Shown one piece after another: positions 1 to 14,786 of a stretch of DNA of 64,000 bases (the stretch's first letter is position 1; each line of letters begins with the position of its first letter). The notes under the pieces were generated by a model. It saw only the letters and a list, made by a program, of their open reading frames with translations. It ran no database searches and was not told the DNA's origin. The position numbers were made by a program, and so were the translations under genes. Where the stretch lies: contig OZ320319.1 in the NCBI GenBank assembly GCA_976226885.1, positions 31,744,001-31,808,000 of the forward strand, written 5' to 3'. This DNA is from Iphione sp. A-MEVVRFRX5 (lineage: Eukaryota).

Positions 1-3000
1 TAGCAGGCCGGAGACAGGTCCCTCCTCCTAGTAGTCCTCCACCATTCAGCCCCTCCAGTATAGTGTGGGGGGATGCGTAGCAATGTTGGTGTGTGGGTGT
101 GTGGGCGAGGCCGACAGACAGGGCTGGGGGTGGGGGGGAGGGCGGGGGATAGGCCCTTGGCGAGGAGGGAGTTCCGCCCGTGGACGTCGTCGGCAGCTCT
201 ATAATTTGCGTTGATTGTCCACAGTGTAGGAAGTCAATTTGAAGAGTACAGCACGGGAATTCCGGCGGCATTGGACAGCACTGGGTTTGAGGCGTAATAA
301 GCCCTGAACACCCTCCCACCTGCTAAACACTGCGAGTCCCTGTTAGATGCTTCCACACATTATCAGTTTAGAGGAAAACGATCACACACTCGTGTTTATC
401 TCCCAATAAGCAGTTCTTGTTGTCTGATGACGAGGTTCAATAGGGGGACGCACTCAATACCGTATCCAACTGATAACTCTGGCGGATACGAATGTGAGCT
501 TCTCTGTTCACAGCTAAGGTACGTGGAGTGGAATGATTAAAACGATGAACTTTTATACAAATCTAATCAAAGAAAGACGAGGTTATCTGGTCGCTTTCCC
601 TAAAAAGGTCGTAGGAATGAACTGAGAGAGGGGAGAGGAGACTTGAGACCGAATGAATTCACCAACAGAACGATAGGGTTAGGCGAACAGACAAGACTGA
701 ATGAGCTAGAATACTGACTGATATGTCTTAATGAAATCAAACACCGTCCATGGACTAACAGACAACAAAGCTCCTGTGTTTGCCCTCAATATGAACATAT
801 AATGTTGCTGATAAAACGACTTCTTTAACCGTGCGCTTAAATGGAGAGCGAATGCTACGAAAGACATCGTTCTGATAAAGTTATTTTCATTATTAAATTC
901 AACAAACGAATCAACAGCATACATGTACAAGTATATCAAACTTCTCCTATGGTATAACCCTTCGGAGTACCGCCGATGTAAAACGTGAAAGTAAATATTT
1001 TGTGAATCTCCTCAAAACAATCACTAACCCTCTTTGTGATAAAAAGCTTTAACATTGTAGTAACAACAAGGAAGGGGTATATGAGGTAAATTGTCCCCCT
1101 CTTGCCTGGGTAAGTATGTAGTCTACTGCATAGCTTCATGCCTTGAAATCAACAAACTTGTTGTGTGTGTACGTGTGTTTGTACAATATTATAATAAACA
1201 TTAATTTGATCGTTAAATCACTTAAAATCAAAAGTTGCAAGAGTCCATATGGACAAACACCATATTACAAAATCACAGCATTGGATACAATAGTTTAGGA
1301 GGGACAGTGCCAGTTCAGTACAATGATGATTTAAATTATGACAGTTTCAGATGTCACCAGAGCTCCTTTTGGTATTTGATCCCTTCTCACAGTAAAGTAG
1401 AGAAATGCAACGTTTAGGCTCTGGTAGTTGCCAAAATTACGTTATTCAAAGGCTAGAGAGTATGCTCGTTTCTATCTGATGATGGATACAGAGGAAAGGT
1501 TTGGCCTGAGAAATGCTGGAGATCTTTCTCAGGAGAAAACCAATTAAGTCACAAAAAAGGGCTCTAGCAGAGATTCCCCATGCGAATTACCTCCTGAAAA
1601 GAAATGCCGATATCTATACATTCCTAAGCGTTTCCATCTCCAAAAGTCAAAGTCGCATCCTATCGAGTCGAATGGCACCCTCCCTTTTGCCACTTTCAGC
1701 CTGATCCCCACTAGTAGCCTGCAAGCGGTCGGCACGGGAGTCCGAATGCAAGTCCCAATGTATAAGCTGGGAGGGCAGGGGAAGGGCGGGGAGGGAGGGA
1801 GGGGACTTTCACTGGATCTGAAATGGCATCCCAACACGTGGCCGCCTCGGTCGCCGTAGCAGGTCGGCCTAATTGCGGAGGGGATTTCGGTGTTGGAGGG
1901 AGGCGCGCGGCGCTGGCGCAGCATGCGCTTCCTTCCTCTGCCGGTCTCAGTAATTGGCTGAATTCAGCCGGGTGAAATTGATGGCAGACTACCAGCTAAC
2001 AAGGCCACATCAATTGTCGGAGGCCCGGGTGTATGTGAGTGTGTGGCCCCCGTGGCCAGGACCAGCAGTGGACGGCGGAGCCTACGGAGGGTTGTGAAAG
2101 ACCTGAGTAGGGGGTAGGGCTGGGCGTTGAGGGGGGGGGGCGAACGGGGAGATGAGGGCGGGAGGTAGGGTGGGGCGGGGGGAGACGCAGGCGGACGGGA
2201 GGTCAACCCTCGTCATCCGGTGTGTGCCGCCTGACCTTCTCACCCGCTGAGGACACTGCAGATGCTCGGGTCATCAAACCAGGCCAGAGCTGCGCGCAGT
2301 GCCGGTACCACAACCACCAACGCCAGCCCACTCACACAACCCAGGCTACTAAAGTCGGTTTCTTTAACGTTCGGACTGCTGACTAATGTCCTACAGGGCG
2401 TGTTCTGTTCATGTCACAAGGTAACTGTTACGCTTACTGATGTCCGAGAAGTTATTTTAGTCGCTGTCCACAAACAAGACTTTTTTTCGTGACTTGCATT
2501 TTACTCGAATGCTTGCGTCTCACTTAAAGGTCATCTTTCTTAAACACACCGGTATTACAAGGAGTCGCACTCGCTGTCTTATTCGACTGTTGACATCTAC
2601 CTTGAACGTGATGTGACGCTACTGTGACATTTCTTTCCTTTTGGTCGATGCCACTTGAAAAGTCGACGACAATCTAGAATTGGCGTGCGTTTGGGATAAG
2701 TTCAACACGACTGTATCATTTCCCCGACTTTCCTCTATGAATATATCTTGCTGCCAGGTTGGTTATTTGCCTAGAAAAGGTACGAGCCGACTTTGTCGTC
2801 TTCACATCCGTAACGATGTAGTTAAGTACTTCACAAGAGTTACAGTGACGAATTCATGTAGGACATCGTTTATGACAGTAGGACATCGTTAGTGAAATTC
2901 CCGATAAACTTAAAGGAAAGGCAGCAGTTCATTGATTGCATCAAGCTATAAAAGACAGCATCCACCCGAATTTGCGAAATTCAGCGTCGGGCTTCAAAGG

Positions 3001-6000
3001 ATAGTATCCAGATAAACAGGTCAAATAACCGACAAGGTACAAATACAGCTATATGTACGTAGAACACAGTGCTTTAGCTAGAGAGGAACACAATATTCAG
3101 GAGGATGAGGAATCAGAAACTACCTTCAGACCACAGAAAAGATAACATCAACTGGATACACACAGAAAACGTGGGTGGAACTGAATGTGCTTACAGCTAG
3201 CGTATATATAGTGGACACATATGGAAAATGATGTCTTATAAATACCTCTGCGTCTTCCGTAAGTCCGTGCTGCGTGGTTGAAGAGAAAACGGAAATACCT
3301 GGTTAGCAACTGATGGTGATAAACAATTGTTGGCGCAATCACAGACAAGAGCATGTAAATTAATAACATTAAAAAAAGGAAACCTCACACCGAGCGGCAA
3401 GTAAAGTATCAGCGTATCCGCTTAGCGTATTCTTGTCCTTTATTAGGAGTGAAGCAATATTTGAAAATGTGTCCTTTATGCGTCATCCCTCTAAGTTTCC
3501 TTCCTGATGCTTATAACGGTACCAGCAGTATTAATTTCAGTTAAGCCTCTGAGAGAGCGACGGGTCCTTCTTGCCTCTTCTACTTTTGATGTATAAAAGC
3601 GCGTGCCTTATCTATCAGTCCTCTGCAGGTGGGACGCTAGCCAACCTAGGTACTGTCATTTTCTCTAGCACCAACCGGGGGGATGGGGGGAGGGGGGCAC
3701 GGAGACGGATATGCCATTAGCGCCACTTGGATGTGAGCAAAGATGTGTGTGGCGTGTCGTGGAACATTACCTTAACATTGTGACTAACTCGGGATGGATA
3801 CATACATGCGATAAGAATGGCCGGAACGGCAGGTCGAGTAGTCTATTTACCGCCTGCGAGGATGGCCGTGGGACTTGAGATACGATACAGACACGATATA
3901 GTATTTCTCACACTTTTAATTGTATCTAGGAGAGTGTGATGAAGCTGTCGGGCATGTTCACGTAGGCTCCATTTTGATCCTTGCCCTGAGCATGTCATTA
4001 ACAAGTAGAAGAGGACCCCCCCCCCCCACCGTGGTATTTATCTACGTGTGGCTTCTATTGTCATTCCCTACATTACCACGTCAACCCGATTTCCCTTCCA
4101 TATTCAATGTTGTGCATAAACTGTCTTCGTGAGAGTGCGTGTGATGTAACTGTTCGAACGCGCCAGTGATGCCCAAAGACCAACTGAGCAGTAGGTACGA
4201 GATGACAGAGATGATCTTTATATGGGAACTTATCAGACTGTTGCTAGCTATGTCAAATTGAAAGAAACACATCCACCTTGGTTCGATTTCTGAGATATAA
4301 AATACACACCTGTAAGTGCGACTGAGCATCGAACATTCACAATCATACAAGTAGGTGTCGTTTTAGAGGAAAAAAGTACATGTACACTAGAGTATAATCC
4401 ACGATGCGATATAAATACGACGTACTGGGGTGGTGTGAGCAGCTCGACAATGGAGGATTAAAGCTGGCTTACTGGCTGGCAGACTGATTGACTAGCTTCA
4501 CTGAAGAGTCCACGCAGACAACCTAACTGTACCGACGTGGAGAATTCCTGGCATTGAGGAAGACTCGATAAAGAACGCTGGAGAAGGCAAAGAGAAGGGT
4601 GCGCCTCAGGGATCTGGAGAGGGGTAAGACAGGACTGGCAAAGGCTGCGAGGCGGTGCTGGTAAGGTAATTGGCTGACGACGGTTCGAAATCAATGCACG
4701 ACCAGAAGCCAATCGCCGCTATGGTTCTTACACGACTTCTGCTGCACTCTTCTCTCACTATAAATCGTCAGCCCCGGTTCCACTTGGGGAAGGGGAGTTC
4801 CACTTAATCGCTTAATTGATGAATCTTTATTGGCTACCATGTGGAGCAGTGAACCATTTTAACCTCGCACGCTGAATAATAATTTCTAAAAACCAGAATG
4901 CCCAGACCGCACCTACTGACAGTACCAATACTCAAATCTTTCCTTTTCCTACTGTTTTACTGGTTATGACTTCCCCAATTCTGTGAGCAATGCGACCGTT
5001 ACATCATTGATTTTAGCATGCTTGCATGCTGCGTCAGCCTTTCTTAACATGTTCACGATACACTCGTATGGAGAGTTAGTTCAGCTTTCAATGGCCAGAG
5101 ATGGCTTACCACTGACCAGTTGCAGTAAAGGGTACCGCCATCTCAGACCTCTGGCAGCCATGTACTACTGTCACCATCTAGCGGCCGGAAAGCGACCAAG
5201 CCCGGGATAATCAGTGCCAATAGTCACTGGTGTGATATATAATTCACATCCCCCGACTGGCTGCCCCTGCTCACTGCCACCCTTTTGCTGCCAGAAGAGG
5301 AAACGCAAACATCACTTTTCTGTGCTCTTTCAAAGACCCAGAGAGATAGACAATTGGCACCCGGGCCCTTGTTCAGCAACTGGCTCTCTCGCTTTGACTC
5401 GCGGGCTGCTGGGCAGACAGATAAAATGCGCAGAGGCTCGTGGACGAGGGCTGGCTGATGGTTATTACGGCCGACTGGCCAACTTTCAGTCAGGAATTAA
5501 TTGGTATCGACATGCCCAGGTCTTGTTCAATACATAAATATATAAATAATATACAAGGTTTTTTGAAAATTAGAATGAGGTACTGGATTGATGCTTTCAG
5601 GACCTGAGAGGAGGTGTTTTTAACACATGCGCGTAATTACCTCTGCCCCACTGGCTGCTGTCCGCATCCACAGGGAGTCATCGTTCTTCAGCCAACGATC
5701 GCACGATCGAAAGACTAGGAAAGCGATAAAACAAAAAGCTCAAGAAACACCTACAGAGGATCAATAGCTGTGGCTCGGCCAGCCCCATATACACAAAATA
5801 CTGTGTCCATGTATCTGGCTTCCTCTAAAGTTCTGATTCTGGGCAAAAACTGATGAATTCCGTTTCAGCTGGAAGTATGCTGGTGTCGCATAAGCTCTAC
5901 CTTCGACCACCTCCAGGGCAGAGTCCACCTGTTGCATGCTCCGTCGCATACTCATCGCGGAGAAAACTGATCGATTCCCCCCCCCCCAAGTGCTCGCCAT

Positions 6001-6822
6001 CTTGCTCCGCCACCTCCATCCCCCCCACCCCACACCCCTGTAGGCGACTGAATTCAATCCTAGAAAAACCACACTCCGCCACCATTCAATGATAGAAGGG
6101 TATTGCCCTACCGTATTGGATGATACGCTGGCAGCGCGGCGCATGCGTCATCCTTTAACTGGACCATAAATGACTGCCTGCGGCCATGGCCACATCCCAG
6201 CCCTTTTTATTGTCAACTATTTTCCACCGGACCACGCGACGGGCGGGGTGCATGCTGCGACCAAGCATAATGCCTCCTGCAATTGCCTTACACGTCCACG
6301 CATGGAGGTTACAACCCCTTCGTGAGGTGGGCCCTCCCTTCCCAAGAACACCCCCCCCAAACTCCGCCCGCCCCTTAGCCACTTGCCCATCCCTAGGATT
6401 ACGGCGAGTGGCCCCTTTAGCGACGACTCCTTTCTAATTTTGGGTAATTCAATCAGGAGGAAGGACGTCCAAGTTTGCGCCGGCAGGACAGTGGATTGCG
6501 CCGAGTTGACCCGCTGATCTAATTGGGTTCCTCCTATCAAGGCAGCGCACAGGTCAGGCGGGTGTTTGTCCGAATCTGAATAATGGATACTCAATCACTT
6601 GCCTCGCATAAAAGTTGGCATATGTTTAATTCGATAAATCCCACCAACAAGAGCACGTGCGAGGCCATCGTGGGCGGACCTGGCGGACATCGACAAAGCG
6701 CTGCATCAGCGGAATGAATGGGGCGGCGGGCGATTTCACCCGAGCCTGTTGCCGCAATGTCTCACTGCCCCGCGGCCTGTCAGGCCTGATACCGATGGAA
6801 TTCACCTTCACCGACGTCCACT

Positions 6823-6838
6823 CCCCCCCCCCCCCCCC
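6823..6838. repeat. C16 homopolymer
   Basis: Seen directly. Confidence 0.95.
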
Positions 6839-7331
6839 TCCGTGCTTTCCTCCAGACCTGCAAAGGGCTCCGGGCGGCGGTGCTCTTCCAATAACCTTCA
6901 GGCAACGAGATAAAAATCACGAACTGCTCTTTACCCAGTTGCAAGTAATAGTTTATGCAGCAAAGCGTAAACATCGGAATGTCTGCGGACGGGGCAACAA
7001 ATAAAGACACAAACCCAGTGGTCGACAACAAAAATGACGGTTGTTGATACCAACCAGACATAAATGATCCTGATGGGATTAAGTTGTTTTTTTAATATCC
7101 TGCCACTTTCCTTTGTTCTTACTCCATTCGAGTGTTCCTCTGTTGATACAGAGGATGTAGAGCCTCCTTGCCCGTGTCTGATTGTGGCCAGGGCCCTGCT
7201 TGAGTTGTGTGGTAAGGCCAAAAAGGCCAGACTCGTGGGGAGGAATGCCAATGAGGTTACTGTATCTACACGAAGTGCAGAGGCTGGCCCAGTATCGGAC
7301 CTAATACACGTTCCTCGGGTCCTGGCAGGGT

Positions 7332-7349
7332 CAGCGCCCCCTGCCGTCC
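7332..7349 (-). promoter_or_regulatory. CTCF-like motif
   Basis: Minus strand ggacggcAGGGGGCGCTG; 13/14 match to CCRSYAGRKGGCRS. Confidence 0.35.
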
Positions 7350-7581
7350 ACAAAGGGCCAGCCTTCATCAGGCCCGACGGGCAAGGCTAGGTGGTCAGAC
7401 TGCCATGACTGCGGTAAAAAGTCATCGCGAATATTACCTCGGGCGCCAGCGGCCCCGCCGTCCCCCTGCTCCCGCCCTGACCGCCGGCGCTATTGTTTAC
7501 CCTCCTTGTTCTCCGGGTTTATGGCCAGTTTGTGTAAAGCTTGTCGAGGTTCAAGCACGGTCAGTGCAGTCGTGTCGCGTA

Positions 7582-7623
7582 TTTTTTTTTTTTTTTTTTT
7601 TTTGCCCGGGGAGGGGGGGGGGG
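7582..7623. repeat. T22 run followed closely by G11 run
   Basis: T 7582-7603; G 7613-7623. Confidence 0.95.
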
Positions 7624-10600
7624 TAAATGAAAGGCCACTGAATGTACACCAATGGCTTCATCAGTATTATTCTGTGGAGAAAAAAGCCAGCACTTTTAAC
7701 TGGAAAAACGTATCTTGCCATCAGCAGATACAAATCCGCTAGAATGTCTGACGAATCAAGTGAAACGGTATTATTCTTCGAGCCCAGCTCTCAACAAGGC
7801 GGACTGTCAAACACACCGAGCAAATGGACTCCAAAATTGACCATCTACGACCGGCTCTGGTAGTTAGGAAGTTGACAGCACGGTTTCTGGCAGGTGGCGC
7901 CGTTATTACTCCATCTATGGGTCGCTAGCGGGAACATGAGAGATGAATCCCTATCCGAAGCCTAACAACCGGCTCTGAGTTTCTTCCAACATTGCCAGCC
8001 CACGGAAGAGTCCCCTGGGAAGGCCTCCGCTTGGGGGGGGGGGGAGGAAGAGGCTGGAGATGAATTTGTGCACCAAACAGATGCCACTAGCCACTAACCT
8101 GTGTCTCCTCTCGTGGGAGGAGACTGGCATGGGAGAGGATCCGGGGGATCGGGAAGGACGGACACAGGCAAACATGCAACTTTGGCCTCCCTCTGAAGCG
8201 TGGATGACCCGGGGATGACGACGAGTGGGCAGGCTCCACTGTGCCAAATGCCACTTTATCATCGATAATGACGACGGACTTTTGTTCCGGCTACTGCCTA
8301 ATGACAGGCACTGGCCAGTCAAGCAGAGGCTTGGGGTCTGCCGAAGACAGCACCTCCTGCGCCTGCATGCTTTCTGGCGAGCCGCCCGCAGACAGTAATG
8401 ACGCCTCCCGCCTCGCAGGAGCTGATGTAATGGCCTTGCCAATGGCTACCCGGACAAGCAGGCAAGTAGAAGGCCAAGCAAAGGACGGGGCTCCTCTACA
8501 AAATGGATCGAGTGCGTGATATTGGGATGATAATGCAGTTAGATGTGAACAGCCAAAGATGAAGAAAATATAATGGTTATATGTGTATTGATTCTGCAGG
8601 AGAAGTAGGAAGGAGAGAGCTGTCATTGTGGAAGGAACAAGTTTCCGGCTCTGTGGATGACTTTAGGTGGAGGGCTCTCCAGTGAAATCCTTTTGAAATG
8701 CACGCTGTGTTTGTCTCTCCTGGTAGAACATGTCTGTGGAATTCCCTCTAGAACATACAGATGAACGCAGCAAAACACTCGAGGAATAACATACAAGAAT
8801 GTGCTGCTAGTGTGATATACAATGCAATGATTTTTTGCCTATTGTTTGATTAATTGGCTTTCGAAATTCTAGGATCTATTTGCTCAGACTGCAGTTTCTA
8901 GCGGGAGTTCCGTCCTTCCCATATGAAAGGTTATGAACAAAATTTTCTGTTAAACTGTCTAGCTGTTCATTCACATCTTTAAACAGGAGTGACTTTCGCT
9001 CATTACATGTACCAATGTGGTTTACTGATAATGTAATTCTTTTTGCATCCCTACCTGACTCCATACTATTTATTTCACAATTAAGGCTAACTGGAAAACG
9101 TCTGTTTATAAAAACAGTTCTGAAAAAAACGCTTGACCTTTTAGCATCCGTAAATGTAAGAACATGTCTAGAGAAGAAACAACCCACAAGTAGGACACGG
9201 CATATTCCTTGGGGGATGCACTGCCGACCGCAGACGGGACTACCTTTATACTTATATAAACAATGTTTCTTTAATGCTTTTTTTTTTTAAACAAATGCTG
9301 TTGATGAATTATACAACAGCAATTCTACGATGACTTTTAAAAAATAAAATGCAACTTAAAGAAAAGTCTCAAGGGAATAACAACTGTCAAATAACAAAAT
9401 GGTTATGCCGTTTTTTTCACGTAGGGAATAAAAAGAGCGAATGGCTGGATTTCAATTTTTGAAACCTTTGGCTTGTCCGGTGCTAACAACCAATATTGTT
9501 AATATGGCGAGAAAGACAGTGCACTTGGCCAGGGCTGAAAACGTGACGCAAACGGTCTGAATATTGAACCGCTCAACTGCAAGCTATTCGAGTGGAAGTG
9601 CGAACAACAGAAGTTGTAGGGAAAGTACCGCTGGATCGTAAGCCACCGAGAACTGACATTGGCTAAAGGCCAAGCCGGTAAAGATTAAAAGTCCGAGGCA
9701 GATGAATTATAAGTGTGGGTGGCGATCATTACCCAGCTATCCACTGCTGCCGGCTCACACGACTGGCTACCGCCGATCCGCTTGTATGCATCAATGGCGG
9801 TCCCAATTCATCAAATTACGCAAGCATATTGTCCGCTGACATCGCCAGCGATATGAAGTGGTGGGTATTCGGACAGATGATTGTTAATTCCACCCTGCGC
9901 CCCTGTGCCCCCGCCGCCGTGGATAAACTCCCGCCACCCCGCGGCCTGTCCGCTATCTAAATTACAAAGCGCCTGCTGTAGTTTTGTATTTGCTCTGACC
10001 ACCCGAGGTCAGAGCCAGCACGGCGATCTGCCGTGATTTCACTGATACGCGCGCCTGGACTTATCTTCCGTGAATTTCCATGCACACGCTGCGACGATCG
10101 AGTGGAAGGCAATTTCATCCACGACCTTACCACTATGATTCTATTACTGCCTCCTCCCCTCCTCCAGCCTCTTTTCACGAAGCCAGGCCCCTTATCACGA
10201 GCACCGCATGTGGCTTCATATGGCAGTAGCACTGACTGAATGACGACAGTGTTGTTTGGATGTTCATAACGGGATTAAAATAGACGCCGCGCGACTTATC
10301 AGCGGGAGGATCCATGCATGAAGGTGTATCTATAGCCTACACGCTCGGACCGCAGAACCGCCTGGCGAACGGGCCTGTTGCACTGCGTCACCCACGACTT
10401 TCATTTCTTGGCTCTCTGTTCGTAACGAGAAGCCACCATCTAAAGCTTTTAACCTTGAGCAACTGCCCGCTGTATCAGCATGTAAGCACCCGATACGAAA
10501 CAAGAGCTCAACTAGGTTATTTTCCCCCGAGAGTTGCCGACCCCGAGGGTCCGCGGTTACGAAAACGGGCTGCTGGCTTTTTTTTCCGGGAGACTCCTTA

Positions 10601-11953
10601 TCAAGGTGCCCGCTCAGCCTGATCCAAGCTAACGACGCGGTTGGCAGATTAAATCATCGCCCTTGATGAGGATTCAGCGCCCGGTGCCCCCCTCCCTCCC
10701 ACCCCGTGCCGCCCTCCCACCCACACCCCCGTATGGCAATGGCGTGGCGGGCGAGGCGGTGGGGAAGGCGCGAGGACAAGCTCCAGTGGGAATCACTCGC
10801 CGTTACTGGCTCGCCTTCGTTCAAGTAGCTGGGATAACGGCCGCCTCTCAAAGCAAGCAAGGCACACAAGAATTTGTCACGAATCACCCGGTGTTGGATA
10901 AAAAAAAACGTTTGTCATTAATCTAATCAGACCTGGATAATGATAATAAACATCTCTTTTATTTCTTTCTCTTCTCAAATTTATGGTTTAGGTTGTCGAT
11001 GGTTGAAATTAACACGCTATTCAAGGACAAATAAAACTACCTGTTAATCATAACTGATGTTTGACTCGATATGTAAGCGTAGTAAAGGAAATAATACACA
11101 TTAGTGTGTAGCCTGCATCTTTTGGGGATTTTGTACCACAGATCATATCTTATCTGCAACGAAGAAAATGAAACACTACACAAAATCCAGTCTCCGAATT
11201 TGGTCGCTTTCCATTATATCAGTAACTGCACGGAAGCATCTTATGCTGATCTAACAGCACAGTGGAAAGCGGGGCAAGGCCAACTTTAACAAGGGGTGGT
11301 ACGTTAACGAGGGGATCACGAGCCTAAGCGAGTAGCCATTGACCTTCGCCTGAATCCGCCGAGGGGGCGCGCCCGTGAGGAGAGAGGGCTTGAGGTGCGG
11401 TGGAAACGAGCGATCCCTTGGATACTAATTCCACTCGTTATAAATAGCAAGTGGCGACAGGATATGAAACGCATGCCCACACAGGAGACTCCGCACTCTT
11501 CATCGACCGGGCCCCCAACCGTCCGACAAGTAACTCAGGAGAAGGCAGCAGGCCGGCCGGACCGCTGTAAGCAACGAGCCGGAAACGGGGGCAGCTGCTC
11601 CGAGCGGCTCACACATTGTCCAGGTCGAGGTAAAACGTGTCCCTGGCTGTATTATAGGTACAGCTTATGGCCGGACCTAGGGATCCCAAATGGCCATCCT
11701 AGAAACTGTAACTGGAGTGTAAATGTCTGGACGGCTCGGCCGGGCCTTTCACTCACTTCCACTGCCCATCTCAGCAGGGGGGGGGGGTGTTCGTCCTTTA
11801 AAAAAAAGAAGGAGAAGAAGAAGACCGCCCCTTCCACCATCACCACCACATTCAGCATCACGTCCTGCATATCTGATCGTTTACAGTTCTCGAATGCGCG
11901 GCAATTAACAAACTCAATGCAACATCGCTGGAGTAAATCGAATTGGGGGAAAT

Positions 11954-11981
11954 CCCCCCCCCCCCAAAAAAAAAAAAAAAA
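11954..11981. repeat. Compound homopolymer C12A16
   Basis: C 11954-11965; A 11966-11981. Confidence 0.95.
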
Positions 11982-14772
11982 CCGCTTGATTTCTCTTCTC
12001 GATCGGCCTGCATTGGTAGATAGACGCACCTCATTAGCACGTCTCCTTTCTTAATTACCATCGGAGTCAATGGTCTCCTTCCCCCCTCACCGTCTGGTGT
12101 CTGAGCCTATCCTTCCGTGGCAATCTGGCCGCGTGCTGTGGTTGTATGCAGCAGGCCACGCGTGCAGAAATACGACGTGTGTGCTAATCTCATCGAAACA
12201 ACCGACAATCAACTGAAATTAAAAACGCCTTTTCTGTAACAAGTTCGATAGACTTCACCCGGCAATAAGAAAAAAAAACAATAGTTGCAACCTCCCTCCA
12301 AGATGTGGATTTTTTCAATCAATAAAAAAACACGAAAGGATACTATAGGGGGAAAAATAGAATGATAGCACTGCCTGCAACTCTTGGGCCACAGGAAACA
12401 GCTAAAAGGGCCGCCCAGCGAACAAACAACATTTCCAACACAGGCTAGCCTCGGCGCCAATTTCCTATCTGCATCTACTCCATGCCAGGAAGAATTCTCC
12501 AACACGGACTAAAATATCACAGTTGCCCGGCAGCGGTGGGCTGTAAAGACCGGGCCCAGCACCGCTCACCATGAATTCCAATGAAACACAAAACGTAACC
12601 GAGGAGCGGAGGGCGCTAACAGCTTTCCAGGTAGAACTAACCGGGCTTAAGAGGGTTCCCGTTCTTCAGCGCCCCGCCCATAAAGGGCAAAGTGAGGACC
12701 AATCACTGGCAGGCGGCCACCAGTAGATCAGGGCGTCACTTTGTTAGCATTCGGCCACAATGGCCACTAAAACGACGGGCAAATCTAGCATACCGGATGA
12801 AGGTACAGAAATACAATTTAACCTCTCAGCCCCAACTATTTATCAACCGAAAAAATATATAAAATGTATGACTACCTTTTTTTGTGTAAATCTTCATGTG
12901 TAAGGTTTTAATGTTTTTGTCCAGGAGGAAATAAAGGACGGTAGAAGCAAGGCTTTAACCAGCCTCACATTTAATGTACGTTTTTGATGTATTCGTTTAA
13001 ATTAACATGTGAGCTATGACTGTCAAACATCCATTGTACAGCGATGAATCATAATTAAATAAAATTCAATTCAATTCAAAGGAAACCACAGTTAGTTTCC
13101 GTTTATTACACGTCATACAAAATTGGATACGAACGTAATCATACATATGTATATGTACATGTATATGATGTATATGTACAACCTCGTTCCCGAAATCATG
13201 CCTTACTGTATACGTGTTTATTATTACATACACTGGCGCAGGAACTGTGCTAAATAAAGTCCTTTCGAGGGAGAGTTTTTATTTAAAAAATATAATTTAA
13301 AATTAAACACTATACACAATAGATTTTAGTTGACCTTATATACAGAACTAGTATCTGATTTATGCAGAATGACAATTTCTCGTTCTCGATAGATTTTTGT
13401 TACTATTTTTGGACTTTACAGCCTCAACTATAAGAAGTACGGGGGTGGTCACAAAAAGAGTCCGTTAGGGAGGATGTCGCTGTGTTGAGTGTAATTGTGA
13501 AAGGGAATTCGTCAACGAAATAAAGACGCTTCATCTTGACATCTTCGCCAGTGTTTTACTTGTCTCGATTATTTCAAAGAAAAACTTTTTTGGTTGTGGG
13601 CATGCAATTCATTACCTTCAATAAAAGTGCCACGCCCAACAGGATGAAACGCAATTTATCCTCTTAAGAATTTCCAAACAAAACGATGTACCTAAAATAC
13701 ACCCCTCATCTTTTTTGGGGGGTGGGGGTGGGGTGGGGGCTCCCGATTTCAGCTAAAACAAATGATTAATGCATAAACGCAAGAAATGATGAGATCGTTT
13801 CGCAATGGCTAGCACGTGACCTCAAGATGAAACCATTCGGTAGGCATTCGGTAGGCTTAAACCGGTCAAATGCTGCTTTGGGTATCGCTGATGAATTATT
13901 TCATGGTCTCCCCGCGTCCCAAACCCCTCGCGGTGTACGGCTGCCTGGCATGGACCGGGATACCAATGAATGGGAATGACCAGGTATTCTCGTTGATGGG
14001 TAAATCAAATAGGGAGAAGCGCAGCAAGTCTCGTGAGGCAACAATGTTGGGCATGTGGTCGAGGTGGCGGGACTGGCGGAATGACCGCTAGCTGTGGACA
14101 GCAGCAGCAGGTGCCCTGTCGGGGGTCATGAATACGGCCCCGGTGTTGTGCTGGTCCCTGGGGCGCACTCCCCATTGCCAGCGCTTGTGGTCGCTGCCCA
14201 GCGCCACCGGTGCTGCTGCTATTGGATGGCCTGGGTCTCCATGGTGTCCGCCCAGCCTGGCCCGCCCGGACGTCGCATTAGCATAGTTGTCAGGCATCGG
14301 CCGCTGGCGACTTCCTGGTTGGGAGGTCCCCGCAAAGCATTTGTATGCGCACCGACAGCACATCACAGCCCCTGATGTGATCGCAGCTTAAGGAGCTGTC
14401 ACCGCCGCCTGCAACTACAGGATAAGACCGCGTGGCGGCCTGGCCGCGGGTTACGCCCGCTGAATCGTGCAGGTCGAGCGCAGCACCGGGCACCAGCTCC
14501 CTGACACAGGCACGTCCCTCCGCCCCCGACTTCAGTCGGACAGCATCTTCGAGTGCCAGCGAGCCGAGCTGTGCCCAGCACAATCTCGCGTCTACCCTCT
14601 CCCTCCTCCCTTCCTCATCTGATCCCGATACCGGGAGGAGGCTCTTGGTACCTGCGAGCGGGCTCGTAGCTGGCCGCATCTGCATATGTAGATGGAAAGT
14701 AAGCAATGGCCACCAGTTGTATGTGCTTCATGCTGATTGAATCCCGACTTGCCTATTGCTTCCAAAACCCCT

Positions 14773-14786
14773 GTAACCCAGGCAAC
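14773..14786 (+). promoter_or_regulatory. RFX X-box motif
   Basis: GTAACCCAGGCAAC, exact match to GTNRCC-N2-RGYAAC. Confidence 0.3.

Noticed and set aside
202-225. Partial matches to miR-219 (tgattgtcca) and to miR-1/206 (tggaatgtaa near 22090 and 49229)
   Set aside because: Only 10-11 nt match, and no hairpin precursor is apparent.
3592-3620. TATAAAAG followed by Inr-like TCAGTC
   Set aside because: The spacing is 25 nt rather than ~30, and there is no downstream gene structure.
6768-9950. Shared 14-mer ccccgcggcctgtc at 6768 and 9937
   Set aside because: About 15 such 14-mer pairs are expected by chance in a window of this size.
9715-9960. Peptide ILSADIASDMKWW, resembling the L-x-E/D-x3-DL-x-WW motif between RT and RNase H in DIRS retrotransposons
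   Set aside because: The RNase H TDAS/GWG motifs are absent downstream and no RT motifs are visible upstream. A TBLASTX search against DIRS proteins would settle it.
12571-12726. 51-aa ORF with a Kozak-like caccATG start
   Set aside because: It is short, has no recognisable domain and has only a weak donor site.
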